DNA of 63,711 nucleotides, the filler included, from Octopus bimaculoides (taxonomy: Eukaryota): the NCBI RefSeq assembly GCF_001194135.2. It is 3 parts of 3 records of this genome, joined end to end, with 100 filler letters (N's around TTAATTAATTAA, not from the genome) between each part and the next. Parts side by side here need not be neighbours in the genome. Positions count along the whole stretch, not along the records: positions 16,921 to 45,605 come from NC_068983.1; 2 more parts are not named here. One strand, given 5' to 3'. Both the position numbers and the translations under genes were made by a program. Positions 26,560 to 40,821 of this stretch are shown here, piece after piece. The notes below the pieces were generated by a model, which was given only the letters and a program-made list of their open reading frames with translations, searched no databases and had not been told where the DNA came from. Positions within the stretch are counted from its first letter, which is position 1, and each line of letters begins with the position of its first letter.

Positions 26560-27085
26560 TGTAGAACTGCGGATGAGCCGTTGCACAGCTGTTGGGAAAT
26601 ATGTGCGAAGGACCTGTTTGTCATCCATTTAAGATTGACAATCCTGGGAAGATTGTTGAGATTGACGAAGCAGTCTTCTTAAGGTGTAAATACAACTGAG
26701 GAAGGGTCCTACCTGAGCACTGAGTTATCAGAGAAGTGTGTCACAAGACCAGACAGGTTTTTCTTTATGCGGTGCCATGTCAGATTTGCGACATACTGGA
26801 GAAATGAATATGTCACTTGATTCTTCCAGGAACCACAATTTTCAGCGATTAGTGAAGGGCGTAATCTCACATTCCTAAAATTGCTGATTACAATTTTGAA
26901 CATAGAATGGTAAACCACAAAGTTAGATTCATTAACTGAAAAGATGATACCCACATACATCAAGTGGAGAGTATACGGGCGTTTGCGAAGCAAGGTAATA
27001 AGCAACGATGTGACACTCACCGTTGTATGGTTGACTCATATCTCTGTGAGTTTATGTAATGCAAGAGATATGAAGATTGCAATTT
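26560..27085 (+). mobile_element. Merlin (IS1595/ISXO2-like DDE) transposase pseudogene fragment
   Basis: One frame from 26634 reads PGKIVEIDEAVF..KYN*GR..H*V..FLYAVP..ILPGTTIFSD**RA..VNH..QVES..AK..DSYLCEFM*. These match the VEIDE, (I/F)SD.W.AY, VNH and ES motifs of Merlin/ISXO2, with many in-frame stops. Confidence 0.88.
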
Positions 27086-27099
27086 GTTCGAGAAATTGC

Positions 27100-27300
27100 T
27101 TGAATGCATTTCAATGCATAGGATAAAAATATATGGAGAGGATCGCCCTGTCTACATCCCCGCTCAACAGAGAACCAAGGAGACAATGTACTGTTAATTA
27201 ACAGGCTTTGAAAACGCCAAATCTCTACTGCAATACATTGTAAACTCGTATATGATATTAGTATTAAAATCCAGCTTTTCACAATATACAAGAGTTTGGA
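27100..27300 (-). mobile_element. L1/Tx1-group LINE reverse transcriptase fragment
   Basis: SWILI..LINSTLSPWFSVERGCRQGDPL, then after a frameshift YIFILCIE. Confidence 0.85.
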
Positions 27301-30300
27301 TATAATATTCAGAACAACTGTGAATCCTCCTAATGTTTGATCAGAACATTTCCTTTTTCTATTGTTTCCTTATTCTACTGTTAGCCTACTCTGTCTGTCT
27401 ATATCTGAAATATGTTGGTTACATTTCCCCCACTTATCTTAACTAAACGTCAGTCAGTATAATAATTATTTTCCTAACGAATTATGTTTTCTCATCTCTT
27501 ATTTAATTTTCTTTTGCCAAGTGACAAACTAGATAACAATTAAGCTGAGAAAGAATTAATATTTTGTTGTTGCTTACACCATTCGATACATCCTATATCA
27601 AATGTACTTTGTATTCCTTTCCCTACATGTTAAACATATTAATATTATATGTTGTCTTTGCGAACTGCCATGTCTAGATTTCATTATTTTATGACTTCGC
27701 TTTTAGAATATGTCATTTTTAATCATTGCAAACGATAAAAAGAAATAATAATAAAAAGACACTGACGTCATTTTTGCTTTATTAGAAAAACTATTCCGCT
27801 GTGTAATTATCATCCAGAAATGCAATTTTAAATCTGCACATATAAACCGATTATTTCAATTCATTCTGAAATCATTTTAGTGTTTCTACATTTCTTAATT
27901 TCTATAATATCGCACTCCTGTCAACTTCAGCAAAGTAGTATATGTAATATAAGTAACACACATATATGCTTCCATAATCCTACATTTGTGTACATTATAC
28001 ACACATACGTATGTGTGAATATATATATATATATATATATATATTGTATAATTGAATCTGCTCATACAGACATTTAATTACTTGTCATGTTGTTGCGTAA
28101 AACATGAACATGTATTAGCATACAAATGATATTTAAGAAATTTATTGACAACAATATGAGCGTGAGAAGAAACCTTAATGTACTATTCAATTAAAGTTTC
28201 TGCATTTTATTTGAAAAATATCAGTGGCCGATTGGAAAATAGAATGTCATATTAGACTCCACCCTGCCTCAAACGGTTCCTGCTACTGTTTTACGTTTAG
28301 TAATTATATGAATTGTGCTTCGATGCATAATATATCATTGAATCGCCAATGAATGCATTCACTCTATATATATGACATTTATGAAGACGAGTTTCTGTGA
28401 TAGATATTGTGTTATTGATACGAGTTCAAAACACGTTGCTATTAACTTAACATTTTGAAACCCCTGAGTCTATGATGCGCTTAATATTTATTTTTGAATT
28501 GTAATTTAGAAGAGGAGAGCGGTAATGATGTTTTATAATATTTCTGTAATTAACTTGAATACTTGCAAAAGTGAATCCATCTTATAATTTAACAATGAAC
28601 TCTGTTGTGATTATAAACTCGACGTTACTTTAATTCTGCATTCTCAAAACAATTAGTCTTCCAGCGACAGTCCTCCTAAGATCGTCTGTGCGTAAAATTT
28701 CTCTTGTAAATTTTGTTCAAACCATGGTTATAATAGAAATTACCTAATATTACTATGCTACGACTATTTAATTGGACTCTCTTAACTACATAGCTCTATA
28801 TGCGCAGGTGAAATGATCGGATTAATATAAACACCTGTACCCTACTCTTATTTATTATTATCGTTATGTGAATATGCGTATAGTAGTAGGCATAAAACTG
28901 TCGATTAAACGTTACCTACTTTAATAGTTAAAGACTTACCAGTGGTGCGTTTCCCTTTCATCCTTCGAGGATTGGATTTATAAAATGATTGCTACTTGAA
29001 TACTAATTTATGACTGTATTTAAAAGCAAAGCTGCGTTTTGTTCTATACCACATGTCATAGTAACGTTGAAGTTGTTGTATAAAGACAGTTCATTCTTGA
29101 CTGAGCGGACAAATAATCGAAATCGTCCAAGCCATGTCGTTTACTAGAACGTTCAGTATGTAAGACTGCATTATCTGATGTATGTCTTCATTTTCATTGG
29201 AAGAGGGTTCTTTTTAGGAACATTTTGTTGCTATTTCTTGGAAGACGTGGCCACATAAAAATTCTCCCCATCATAGGCTTGTTCCGTTGACTTATTACCA
29301 ATATGAAATGTCTGTTGTTCTGTTGTAAGAAATAAGTAGACATTCTTACAGTAAACGACAAGCCGGTCTGAGAGTCTCTTCTTTTCCAGGTAAACGGATA
29401 CAGGCTATGTGATCGATTGAGAGTTAGATGTGATGGTATCGATGGCAGCTTTTATGAAAGGTCTGTTTTGTCGTAGTTGAACCGTGATTAAGTAACATCT
29501 CACATTCTTTTATATCATTACAACGAAGCAACACATCAAATTACGTAGTCATGGAAATACTGTCTGAACATTAAATGGGATGGCCACAACCTTAAAACTT
29601 TCGCAGAGCAACCTTTAGGCAAAACGCTATCATCGACAACAGCTACAATGCTGTCAACAATTTTTATGTCACTTTATCGCAGACTGAAGATTGTATTTTT
29701 TCCTTCAGTCTACTTCCATCCGCCTTGCAGTGATGAGCTCTATTGCTTCTTGCTGCAGCTAATATTTTCCGAAAGTCAAATAATTAGAATTTTAATTATA
29801 ACAGTAATTGGTTATCTAACACAGCCTGGAATTTTAGAGTACGGGGCTAGGCGATTACATCCTCATCAGAGCACAACAAGTGCTTATTTTATCAACCCCC
29901 AAGTGTGAATAGCAAAGAAGACCTCAACAAAATTTGAACTCGGAACGTAAAGCCGGTAGAAATACCACAACGTATTTTGTCCCACGTGATGACGATTTTT
30001 TCACCTCGCCACATTAATTATTTATCTAATAAGATGAACATTTTACGTTAACTGACAATACCGAAGAAAATGGTGGAAAAATAATTTAATTAAGAGCGGG
30101 GAAAAATCTAAATAGCACATACAAGAAATTCAAACAAAGCAATGCACCTGTATCTGGAAGACTGTTCATTCTGACTCAACATACCATCGATCACCAGTTA
30201 TACTCTCCATATCCCCATAGCTCTACCGTGGAAATGCGACATCATTATCAACTCAACAACGACATTATATATATATATGATATGTGACAATTAGTCAGTT

Positions 30301-30321
30301 GCCATAATAAAACTCAGTGTT

Positions 30322-30419
30322 TCGGATATCGGGGCGGAAGTCCGCTCCGGCATCTCGTTAGTTATTAATAACTTAATAACTGACGAGATGCCGGAGAAGA
30401 CTTCTGCCCCGACAACCGA
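30322..30419. repeat. GC-rich ~98-nt imperfect palindrome
   Basis: Arms TCGGATATCGGGGCGGAAGTCCGCTCCGGCATCTCGTTAGTTATTA and TAATAACTGACGAGATGCCGGAGAAGACTTCTGCCCCGACAACCGA are near reverse complements. Confidence 0.9.
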
Positions 30420-30515
30420 GTTATATTACGGCAACCGACTAATTGCCACATATTATATTGTAGATAATCCCTCTACACAATATCGAGGTCTCATTCATTC
30501 TTTTGTTGTCATATA

Positions 30516-30517
<2 letters not shown>

Positions 30518-30577
<60 letters not shown>

Positions 30578-30604
30578 GTTATTGTTATTATTATTATTAT
30601 TATG

Positions 30605-30655
<51 letters not shown>
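30518..30655. repeat. (ATT)n followed by (TA)n microsatellites
   Basis: Seen directly. Confidence 0.95.
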
Positions 30656-30661
<6 letters not shown>

Positions 30662-31728
30662 TGTTAGGGGTCAGACAAAGGCGTCGGAAAGTTATAAGTA
30701 TGGAAATAACAACAAGCCCGATTTTAGATTCAACTATATATTTAGTAAAGATGAATGGTGGTATAAGGCACACAGATCGAAGGCCACTCAAAGCCGTTAT
30801 AATCATTTGAGTGCCAAATACATGTCGTCACAAAACATAAGCATTCAAGCACACAGCTGTAACAAATTGAATATACATCTCAGTTCCTAAAGGCATGTGG
30901 AGTTCCTTGGTTCATTGCAAATCCTCGAAAGGCGATCAAAAAAATGGTGGTCACTCTTATCGTTTTTCGCTTCTGCTGTTTACTGTGTATGTTTAGCAGT
31001 AATAAACCTTTGAAGGGTGATAGAGACAGTGAAATAGAGGAAGATGACAGATTGATGCCAATGGTCAGTCTGCGTTTTCAGCAGCCGTCGAGTAAGACAG
31101 AATGACACCTGTCATTCTAAAGTGAGCTAGTGATAAACATTAGTAGGCTCTGTTCCTGGTCATCTCGTCAATAACTGACTTAACCAGCAGAATGTCTGTA
31201 TTTATAATTATCATAACACGGCAAGAATGAGGGACATACCGCTCTGAAAACAATGGGAATTGCTGTAGGTACCTTCCTTATTTCCTGTCAACTATTGTTT
31301 GCAGAGGAGGGGTAAAGACGGTCAAGTGGACAGTATATAAAATCGGCTTGGCATCGGCCATGTGTTGAATGTCTCAGCTGATTATTCTTGTCTCTCTGTG
31401 AGAAAGTGCTGTGGTACGCTAAAAGGGAATCACGTAGATTCAGGTTCGAATCAACGCCTAAATGAAAATCTACTTTCCAAGTAAAACATTTTCGTAACAG
31501 CTCTCTCCCGCTTAGGGAAAAGAAAGTTTTACAGAAATTTTCTGTTACAACAAATATAGTGCATTTAACAACGTAAAAAAAAACGTAGAAGCATCAAACG
31601 CAATACAGATGCATCATACAATATCAAGCAAATAATATCATGCAAAAAATAATTACAGTAATGCTCTGAAGTTTTCAGTTCAGGAAGTGCATCAGCACGA
31701 ACATTGTCTCTTAAAAGTTAATTCATCA

Positions 31729-31911
<183 letters not shown>

Positions 31912-32289
31912 TTAATCATTCTTTTTTTTAAATCTTTTTTTGTTCGTCGTCTTTTAGAATCTCACAAGCAGAGGTTATCTTCTGGAATATTAACGTAGTT
32001 GTGCATTTTCTTCATTTTCTTCATCTTCTTCTCGCATTGTTTCATTTTTCCCGAAATTCACCCGATTCGAATGTTGATTAACAGCACCGTCTACATTTAT
32101 TTCATGGCTAACGTTATTGGTTTGCCCAGAGACATTCGGAAATAAATTTGAGAAATCATGAATCAGATCTGGTAATTGAGTTTTCTACTCAATGGACAAA
32201 TGCAACAATTTCTCATCAAGATGAGACAATACATTAGAATTGAGTGATTTAAGTGAAACACTATCACTACGGACATTAAATTTAGCATT

Positions 32290-32805
32290 GCTAACATCAG
32301 CATTAAGATGTTCAACCTTGCCTTCATGACACAAACCTTTTTTTTCTTAAAATACCAACAAACCGAAATTTTGCAAGTCTCCTTGAAAGAAATAGCCTTA
32401 TTAGCTAACTCCTGCAACTCAGCATCCTTACCCTGTGCATTAATGAGTTGCTCCCCAAAACGAACGCGGTCACCTTCTAACACATTATCAGACGCATCAA
32501 GAATATTTGCTGACACGTCATCAGCCTCTACATCGTAAAAAGAATGATGCATGAAGGTCCCCGAAAAATAAAAAAATGAATCATTCGGCTGAGAAGTCTT
32601 GCAAGAAATGTTCTCCGACATTGAACAAGTCACAGCATAAGGAAAAATATCAGGGAAGTCCTTCTCCGACTTTCTTGCATTAACGGAACACTCTTTAGAA
32701 ACAGTGACAACAGGATCAATCCCAATTTTGTATCCCATAATATCATTCCGTAACAACATATCGACACCTGCACCTGGGAGAGAGTCAACAACACCTACTT
32801 TTACC
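32290..32805 (-). mobile_element. Gypsy pol fragment, Gmr1-like (protease end, linker, pre-integrase)
   Basis: LVKVGVVDSLPGAGVDMLLRND resembles the protease C-terminus (consensus ..LLGND). FPYAVTCSM follows, then EQLINAQGKDAELQEL..CWYFKK (the AQ..D motif that precedes integrase). No RT lies between them. Confidence 0.7.
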
Positions 32806-32947
32806 AGAAATTAAATATGAATTTAAACTCACCAAATGGAGAGGAACAGTTTTTTATATATATACACACGCACATACATACATACACACACACATCCATC
32901 CATCCATCCATCCATCCATCTATCCATACATACATACATACATACAT

Positions 32948-32995
<48 letters not shown>

Positions 32996-35254
32996 NNNNN
33001 NNNNNNNNNNNNNNNNNNNNNNNNNNNNNNNNNNNNNNNNNNNNNNNNNNNNNNNNNNNNNNNNNNNNNNNNNNNNNNNNNNNNNNNNNNNNNNNNNNNN
33101 NNNNNNNNNNNNNNNNNNNNNNNNNNNNNNNNNNNNNNNNNNNNNNNNNNNNNNNNNNNNNNNNNNNNNNNNNNNNNNNNNNNNNNTATATATATATATA
33201 TATATATTATATGGTTCTATAATCTGAATACGTATTACAATAACAAACTGAAAAACAAACAAAACACATACTGAACAATACATACTTGTAAAAGTCTGAA
33301 ATAAACAAATATCTGATTGATATATATTATATTTTACCTTCAGCTGTCATATATTTAAGGATGATATAGTCTTTAATTCTTGTAAACATATTTATAAATG
33401 AATCCTTTGTTTGTCTTTTATAAAATGTAAGACAAACACAAATACAAAATGGAAAATATTAAAATAAACCTAAGTTGAAAAAAGGGTGAAATTAATCACG
33501 CAAACAATTAGAGAAATGAAACTAAATCTTATATGCCTATATTGTGCTCATATATTTAATTAACACTATATTATAGTTGATGGACGCGAAGGCGACCGAT
33601 GGACGGAGTTATTACAAGGTAGTTATAGATATATTTGCGTAACCGTCTCAGTTCTCTAAGCTCACAGTTTAATTCTCTTTGACATGAAGAATGTCTGTCA
33701 TCTTTGCTGGATCAATAAATAACGTAGTTGTCCTCTATTGTTACCGACTGTTCTCTCACTCTTCCGATTTATTTCTAACAATCTACCATCTTCCGCTTCT
33801 TGTGGAAGAAATCGATGATGATCAGCTCTTCAAAAGATAGGGTCCGACTGGCCGTAATGGGTTCAAGACACACTATCTTCCTTGACACCGCTTTCACTGT
33901 TCCATCAAGTGAATGGTGTTTCAAGCGAAGGAAAGACAAGGCAGTAACAGTGTTAAAGGAATTGATTCGAAACACTGTAGGACATTAGACGAAATGGCTT
34001 CCGATTTTAGTTAAGTTCTGACGATAAATCATGCCAAACTCGAAATTGTTCTTTATTATTCCAAGGTCGATAAATTAAATTGTAACCGCTATCGGCTGCT
34101 GGAGGTGGATATCATTGAATTTTCCTTCCATCAAAAGGAATTAGTTGGTCTCATCACACAGTAATAGACTCCTCTAATCACTGATATATCACGCTATTTA
34201 CGCATTCATATACAGAGAAAAATAAATACAAATAAACGCTGCAGGCATGAAATGAGGCAAGAAACGACCGTCATTCGACATACTTGTGATCGTTTTGAAT
34301 TTCTCTCTTCTTTTGTGTTTTCGTGTATACATTCGTACTGTACATTTATAATTTGTAGTGTATTGTTTATATGATCGGACGCTTAGCTGCTTGGATGCTT
34401 CGAAGAATTATATCCAGTATTTGTATACTTAGGTATAGACACACACACATGATGCATATTTTATACATACATGCGCACACACTCTTACTCCCCACTCACA
34501 AAAGTTCTAAAATAGATAAGAATCATGACATAGGAAATAAAAACCTATAGGGAACGCATAATAAATAAACGCATGCGCACTAATGACAAAAGTTGCCTGA
34601 TAAAAGTATGTATCTTCACAGGTGTGCGCGCGTGTGTGTGTGTATTGATGAAATAAAAAAAAAATGTATCACACGATTATGATGGAAGGTTTGGCGATTT
34701 GGAAAGGACATATGCTAAACCATCTGCCCCAGATATTAGCGAACAAGCGTCTGCAAATTCTATAGAATCAGCGTGGCAAGTGTTGTTTCTTTGAGTGGCT
34801 TTGCACAATTTTTATTTATACAAATTAAATTTAATTCATAATGTATGCAGCATGTTACTCGTTCAAGATGTCACGCAGAGCGATATATATTTGGGTGTCA
34901 CGATTTCGTAGAAAATATCTAAACCGTAACTACTTCCGTATAAGAAAATAGGAATCAAAGAAATAAAATAGCACAGGCATAAAACAAGTATGTATTACAT
35001 GGTATGAATGAAAAATACAGTCTTAAATGATTTGGCAACGATTTGACTACTGTTTGTTCAGAAAAAATAGATTTTACTCCGGTAAGATACACACAAGATG
35101 AAATAGGCACGATTACACGCAGACACACACACACACACACATACACACGCACTCACTCGCACTTGCACATAATACTTGATTTCTACATATGAGATACATT
35201 TCAAAAAATTAATACTGACATATAATATATATGCATGCATTCGCCTGAATGTGT

Positions 35255-35435
<181 letters not shown>

Positions 35436-37496
35436 CCATGTATATGTATGTATATATCTGTAAATAATTTATGCATACAAGACCTAAATATATACATACA
35501 TATACAACTGCACATATATGCACACACACACACACACATTGTTATTGTTATCATAATGAATCCAATAAACAGTTGCTTCAATGATGAATCTACTGGTTTG
35601 CATTTTTTACTATTACATTCATGAGTGAATGGAAGCTTATTGTTTAGGCCTTTTGTACCAGAATTCTGCAGGTACCACATCAGGCCTACGTGCATCAGTG
35701 ATAATGTAAAGAAGCCCGAACAAAGCTCAGAGAAGAAAAAGCATAATGAAAATAAAACAGACCTAGATCGGTCCTTGTAATCACCATTCTATAGTTCAGC
35801 ATGCAAATAGTAAATGTCTACCGCAATATATTTTGTGTATGCGATTGTCTGATAGAAAGGGGTTGTTGTTGAATTGGAGAGGGTGCGAAAGAAAAAGAAA
35901 TAATATACAAGGAACCAAAAGAGAGGGAAATTGGGAGTGACCTTGTTATGTTACGAGCACTAGCGTGGAAAATCTTATTAGGAGGGGGGTTGGGGATTTT
36001 GGGGCTAAGATCATTGAGAAAGCTTTTCAAAAGTATTGAAGAATGACAGGAAATTGAAACCTTCTTTCGGTCCTCGAAGGATGATATAGGAATTTGTGCG
36101 GCGAATCAACGTGATATGTATGAAATTAAGTACTATCAAGTCTGTCTCTATTGCTGCTTTGGGCCTGGGGCAATTGAGGGCAAGATTTAGGCCATTACTG
36201 AGATTATCATATGTGTGTACCTTCATCTCTCTGGATACTGTCAATGCATCGTTCCTATATTGGCAAAAGCTATTGATAGGAATTTCGTATTAAATTTAAC
36301 TACAATAAGGAGCTTATAAGATCACATACGCCAGCAATATTAAAGCTCCCATTATTACATCAATAGAGCCATCCTGGTCAATCCGCTTTTACCCACACCA
36401 AGCTTTTCAAACATAAAGTTTCTTTTTTCTGGGGTACATGAACATGCCTATGCTTCTATTACTCGACTCTGTATAAGCTTCCCCAAAGTTGAGCACTTCT
36501 TTCATGTCCTTCAGTATAGATAGATAACATTACTAGACTTGAAGAAAACTACTGTATTACTGCTGCCGTTGTTTTTAAAACTTAAGATGAACTCACTGAC
36601 GCCATGGCATACAGACAGGCCTTAGGTTCTTCTTATGTGTTTGTTAAGCTTGCCCAGAGGGATATTCATCTCCAGCACCGTCTGCAAGTTAATCAACCGA
36701 TATTTGTTTGTTGCTTGCCGTCAATATTTATTTTGCGATATGTTTGGTTATTTCTTTATGTTATTATTACCCAAGCTGTCAGTTTTTTTCCAAGACCATA
36801 GCAGTGCGCCTGCATTTCATTTCTTCATAAGATATATTTTAGGTAGATTTGAACAGAATTTGAATGATAAACTGCACCGCTGGGGCACTGACACCGTTCT
36901 GTAGGGATGACGAGACACAATTCATGAGGCTGAATCTTTCAATTTATCATTCATAATCATAGGCGCGAGCATTAACAGATGCCTAATTATTCGAAGTTTA
37001 TGAACAGCTCAAGGGAAACATGGAGGACATTTCCAAAATTATTGTCGTTTGTTATTGACAAATACGCGTGTGATTGGAATCGTTTGCAGAGGATTTTCTT
37101 CTCAATTTTAAAAGATAATGCCATTTGTGATTTTCTGTACCTTTTAAGTAATTCACTCCATAAGTCTGCCTCTGTAAAACTTTTTTTTTACAGAATCAAA
37201 CAAAGAGGCGGCTCCTCAAAATTCTTCGTTGTTACACCTGCGAAAAGTAACCAATGCTGATTGAGATTATTTTCACTTAAATGAGTGATATGGCTATTAT
37301 TAGAATGAAAACGAAAAACACCTCTACACGGTGCAAAAGTAGAATACATTGGACCACAAAGTTGGTACATGTTACGGTAATATGAATATTCTTTCTGAAC
37401 AGAAATAATACGCATAAATTTGTACATATGTATGCATATATCTATACACACACATATACAATACATATACATACGAATATATATATATATATATTC

Positions 37497-37730
37497 TTTC
37501 TTTTATTCTTTTACTCTTTTACTTGTTTCAGCATTTTACTGCGGCCATGTTGGAGCACCGCCTTGAAGGGTTTTAGTCAAACAAATCGACCCCGAAACTT
37601 TTTTTTAAAGCCTAGTACCAAATCCATTCACAAGGTTTTGGTCGGCCCGACGTTGTAGTAGAAATCACTTGCCCATTGTGCTACGCATTGAAACGGAACG
37701 CGGAACCATATGATTGGGAAGCTAGCTACT
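37497..37730 (-). mobile_element. Family B SINE (partial)
   Basis: Same 3' tail in reverse complement as 21345-21555 and 4540-4720. Confidence 0.72.
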
Positions 37731-38380
37731 TACCACACAGCCACAAACATACATACATACATACACATATCCGACACACATGCACACATGCAAACATATA
37801 CATATTTGTGTTTATGCTTCAGCGTATGAGTGAGTATGTAACTCAGTTACTTTACTAAATTTACAACTGCGTGGGTACATTTTTGTATGAAGATATTTAA
37901 GAAAAAGAGAACGAGAAAGAGAGCGAGAGAGCGGTGGAGATGGAGAGAGGTGGATTGGGAGAAAATAACGAGTGAAATCGCCTGGAAACATAGAAAATAT
38001 TTTTTTTCTGCTTAATTTTACCCTGCAAATAAATTTAACGCAGAAATGTCAAAAAGAAACGAAATCACGATTTGAGAAAAACAATCTTTAAAAGAGAGAG
38101 GAAGTAATTTATACTTGTCATCAAAAATACAGGAAAGCAAGATGAAAAAACAAAAAAACAAAAAAAACAAACAATAAGAGGTTAATTGTGATAAACCAAA
38201 AACAGCAGTAGCAACAGTGACTTGAGCGTAAATGCCAGAATCTGAATGACAAAGATATGGTCAAGATAAGTAGAAAAAGAAAAGAAAGAGAAAACGTATA
38301 TAAAATGCTATTACTGATAGAGATACAAATAGAGTAGAACCTCGGTTTACGAACGCCTCTGATCAGGAAAAAATCGTGCT

Positions 38381-38428
<48 letters not shown>

Positions 38429-39253
38429 ATAATTAATCGATATTAATTAATATATGATTAATTACCATATTTTATAATAATGTATTACCTATTGCCAATC
38501 TCTCATACTGAATATATACGACGCAGTAAATATTTTCTGCAGATATATTCCTGGAATTAGCGCGCCAAAACGAAGACTTTTGAATTTCACCATTAAGCTG
38601 TAATTATCAGAACCATATACACGCGCACCCATGGCGGTGGGAAACTTTGTATACGATTCTGATGATTGCGGTTACATTACAAATCAGGCTGAAGAGGAAT
38701 AGACAATCGGTAAGATTCGTTAAATCNNNNNNNNNNNNNNNNNNNNNNNNNNNNNNNNNNNNNNNNNNNNNNNNNNNNNNNNNNNNNNNNNNNNNNNNNN
38801 NNNNNNNNNNNNNNNNNNNNNNNNNNNNNNNNNNNNNNNNNNNNNNNNNNNNNNNNNNNNNNNNNNNNNNNNNNNNNNNNNNNNNNNNNNNNNNNNNNNN
38901 NNNNNNNNNNNNNNNNNNNNNNNNNNNNNNNNNNNNNNNNNNNNNNNNNNNNNNNNNNNNNNNNNNNNNNNNNNNNNNNNNNNNNNNNNNNNNNNNNNNN
39001 NNNNNNNNNNNNNNNNNNNNNNNNNNNNNNNNNNNNNNNNNNNNNNNNNNNNNNNNNNNNNNNNNNNNNNNNNNNNNNNNNNNNNNNNNNNNNNNNNNNN
39101 NNNNNNNNNNNNNNNNNNNNNNNNNNNNNNNNNNNNNNNNNNNNNNNNNNNNNNNNNNNNNNNNNNNNNNNNNNNNNNNNNNNNNNNNNNNNNNNNNNNN
39201 NNNNNNNNNNNNNNNNNNNNNNNNNNNNNNNNNNNNNNNNNNNNNNNNNNNNN

Positions 39254-39364
<111 letters not shown>

Positions 39365-40581
39365 AAAGCGCGATTTATTCGCGATTTTGTTCGAAAACCA
39401 AAACACTACTGTATTCCAATACCGCTAACAATAAGCTATAACGTTAATTTTATTTCGTAAGTGCTATCAGGAAATTAATACCAACACACAAATAACAATA
39501 AAAAATTATAAAGGAATCTTTGAAATATTTATATCAATAAAAATGCAAATGTTTAAAAAAAATTATAACAAAATATTAATTTTATTATTGTATAAACACC
39601 TTTTGTTACCTAAACTATTTTCTTTTATTTCTATATTTCGAACAAATCTGGCATACAAATCACTCGCCTGATGTAGAAAATCGCTCTGATATTACCTCGC
39701 CGTTCAAGCAATCAAACTTAATTAGTTTTAAGCTAAACACCTGTCAGTAATTTTTCATAGCAATATTAAATAACAGTTGCAGCCAGGCCCCAGATACAAT
39801 GTATGCAATATTTCCATTGAAAATACAATACAAATTAATTCAATCTGGAACGATGTTATTAAAGAATATTACTTTGTCTGTGTAATCTATTAGTGTCTCA
39901 CACATATGCGAATATATTTATTTATTTACTTATTTGTTTCTTTGATTGAGTTCATCTCATCATCTGACAATTATATTACAAATTATTCGTGTATTTCTCC
40001 AATTAATCAACTCAGATTGAACACAAAGGAAATGATAGTCTTATTTCAAACTGCATCTCAATCTGGTGTGTATAATTTCGCAGGAGTCCTTTTATAATGC
40101 AAAAAAGCTGTAACAAACGAAAAGTAAATCAGACAATACATATTAAAATGAGACTCGACCGCATCATTTGAAATATATCCATGTTTTATATACTTCTAAA
40201 CGAATCGACTTATAACTACGCAATTAACGACCAAATATTGAACTTAATGTTTCTACATCACATTTAAAGAGGCAAGTTGAAAGAACCCTTAGCACACCGA
40301 GCAAAATGCCAGTAAGCATTTTACCCGTCTTTTCGTTGTAATTTCAAATTCTGTTCGGGGTTGACTTTACCTTCAGAACTTCTGGGGTCGATAAAATATG
40401 TACTAACCGAGCACTGGGGTCATTGTAATTGACTTGACCCCTTCCCCGAAACTACAGACATTTTGTGATTATTTGAAATCAATAATTCCTCATCACGTTA
40501 CTGTCTTTCATCTTTTATTCCTTTCAGTCATCGAAGCTGGGGCACCGCTTTGAAGCGTTTAGTTGGACAAATGAATGCAAT

Positions 40582-40657
40582 CAATCTATCCTTCTGTCCA
40601 ATCTATCCTTCTGGCCAATCTATCCTTCTGTCCAATCTATCCTTCTGTTCAATCTAT
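40582..40657. repeat. 17-bp minisatellite, about 4.5 units (CAATCTATCCTTCTGTC)
   Basis: Seen directly. Confidence 0.92.
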
Positions 40658-40821
40658 ACATGTACAAACGTAACAGACGAAAGTGTTACATCTTGAATGT
40701 TAAAACAGATTATAGCAATAGTAGACTATAATTTCTTCAAGAATTGGCTATAATTTCTTCAAGAATTGGCTATGTAAAATTTGCATATGCTTTCTCTCAT
40801 TTTTCATTCCTATTTGTGCCT

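Noticed and set aside
33276-33345. Possible 10-nt microexon (ttcag|ACTTTTACAA|gtatgt) on the minus strand
   Set aside because: Such signals occur by chance in AT-rich DNA, and no protein context supports it.
35560-36600. Several short ORFs in higher-complexity sequence
   Set aside because: No motif recognised in any frame. Possibly an old TE, but unsupported.
37188-37400. cag|KEYSYY.. resembling AVL9 exon 2 (VEYSYP)
   Set aside because: Similarity ends after four residues and LPDGAHN is absent.
40582-40657. Short regular repeats as a possible CRISPR-like array
   Set aside because: The units are contiguous with no spacers, there are no cas genes, and the context is eukaryotic.
40726-40773. 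22-bp tandem duplication
   Set aside because: Simple local slippage with no associated structure.
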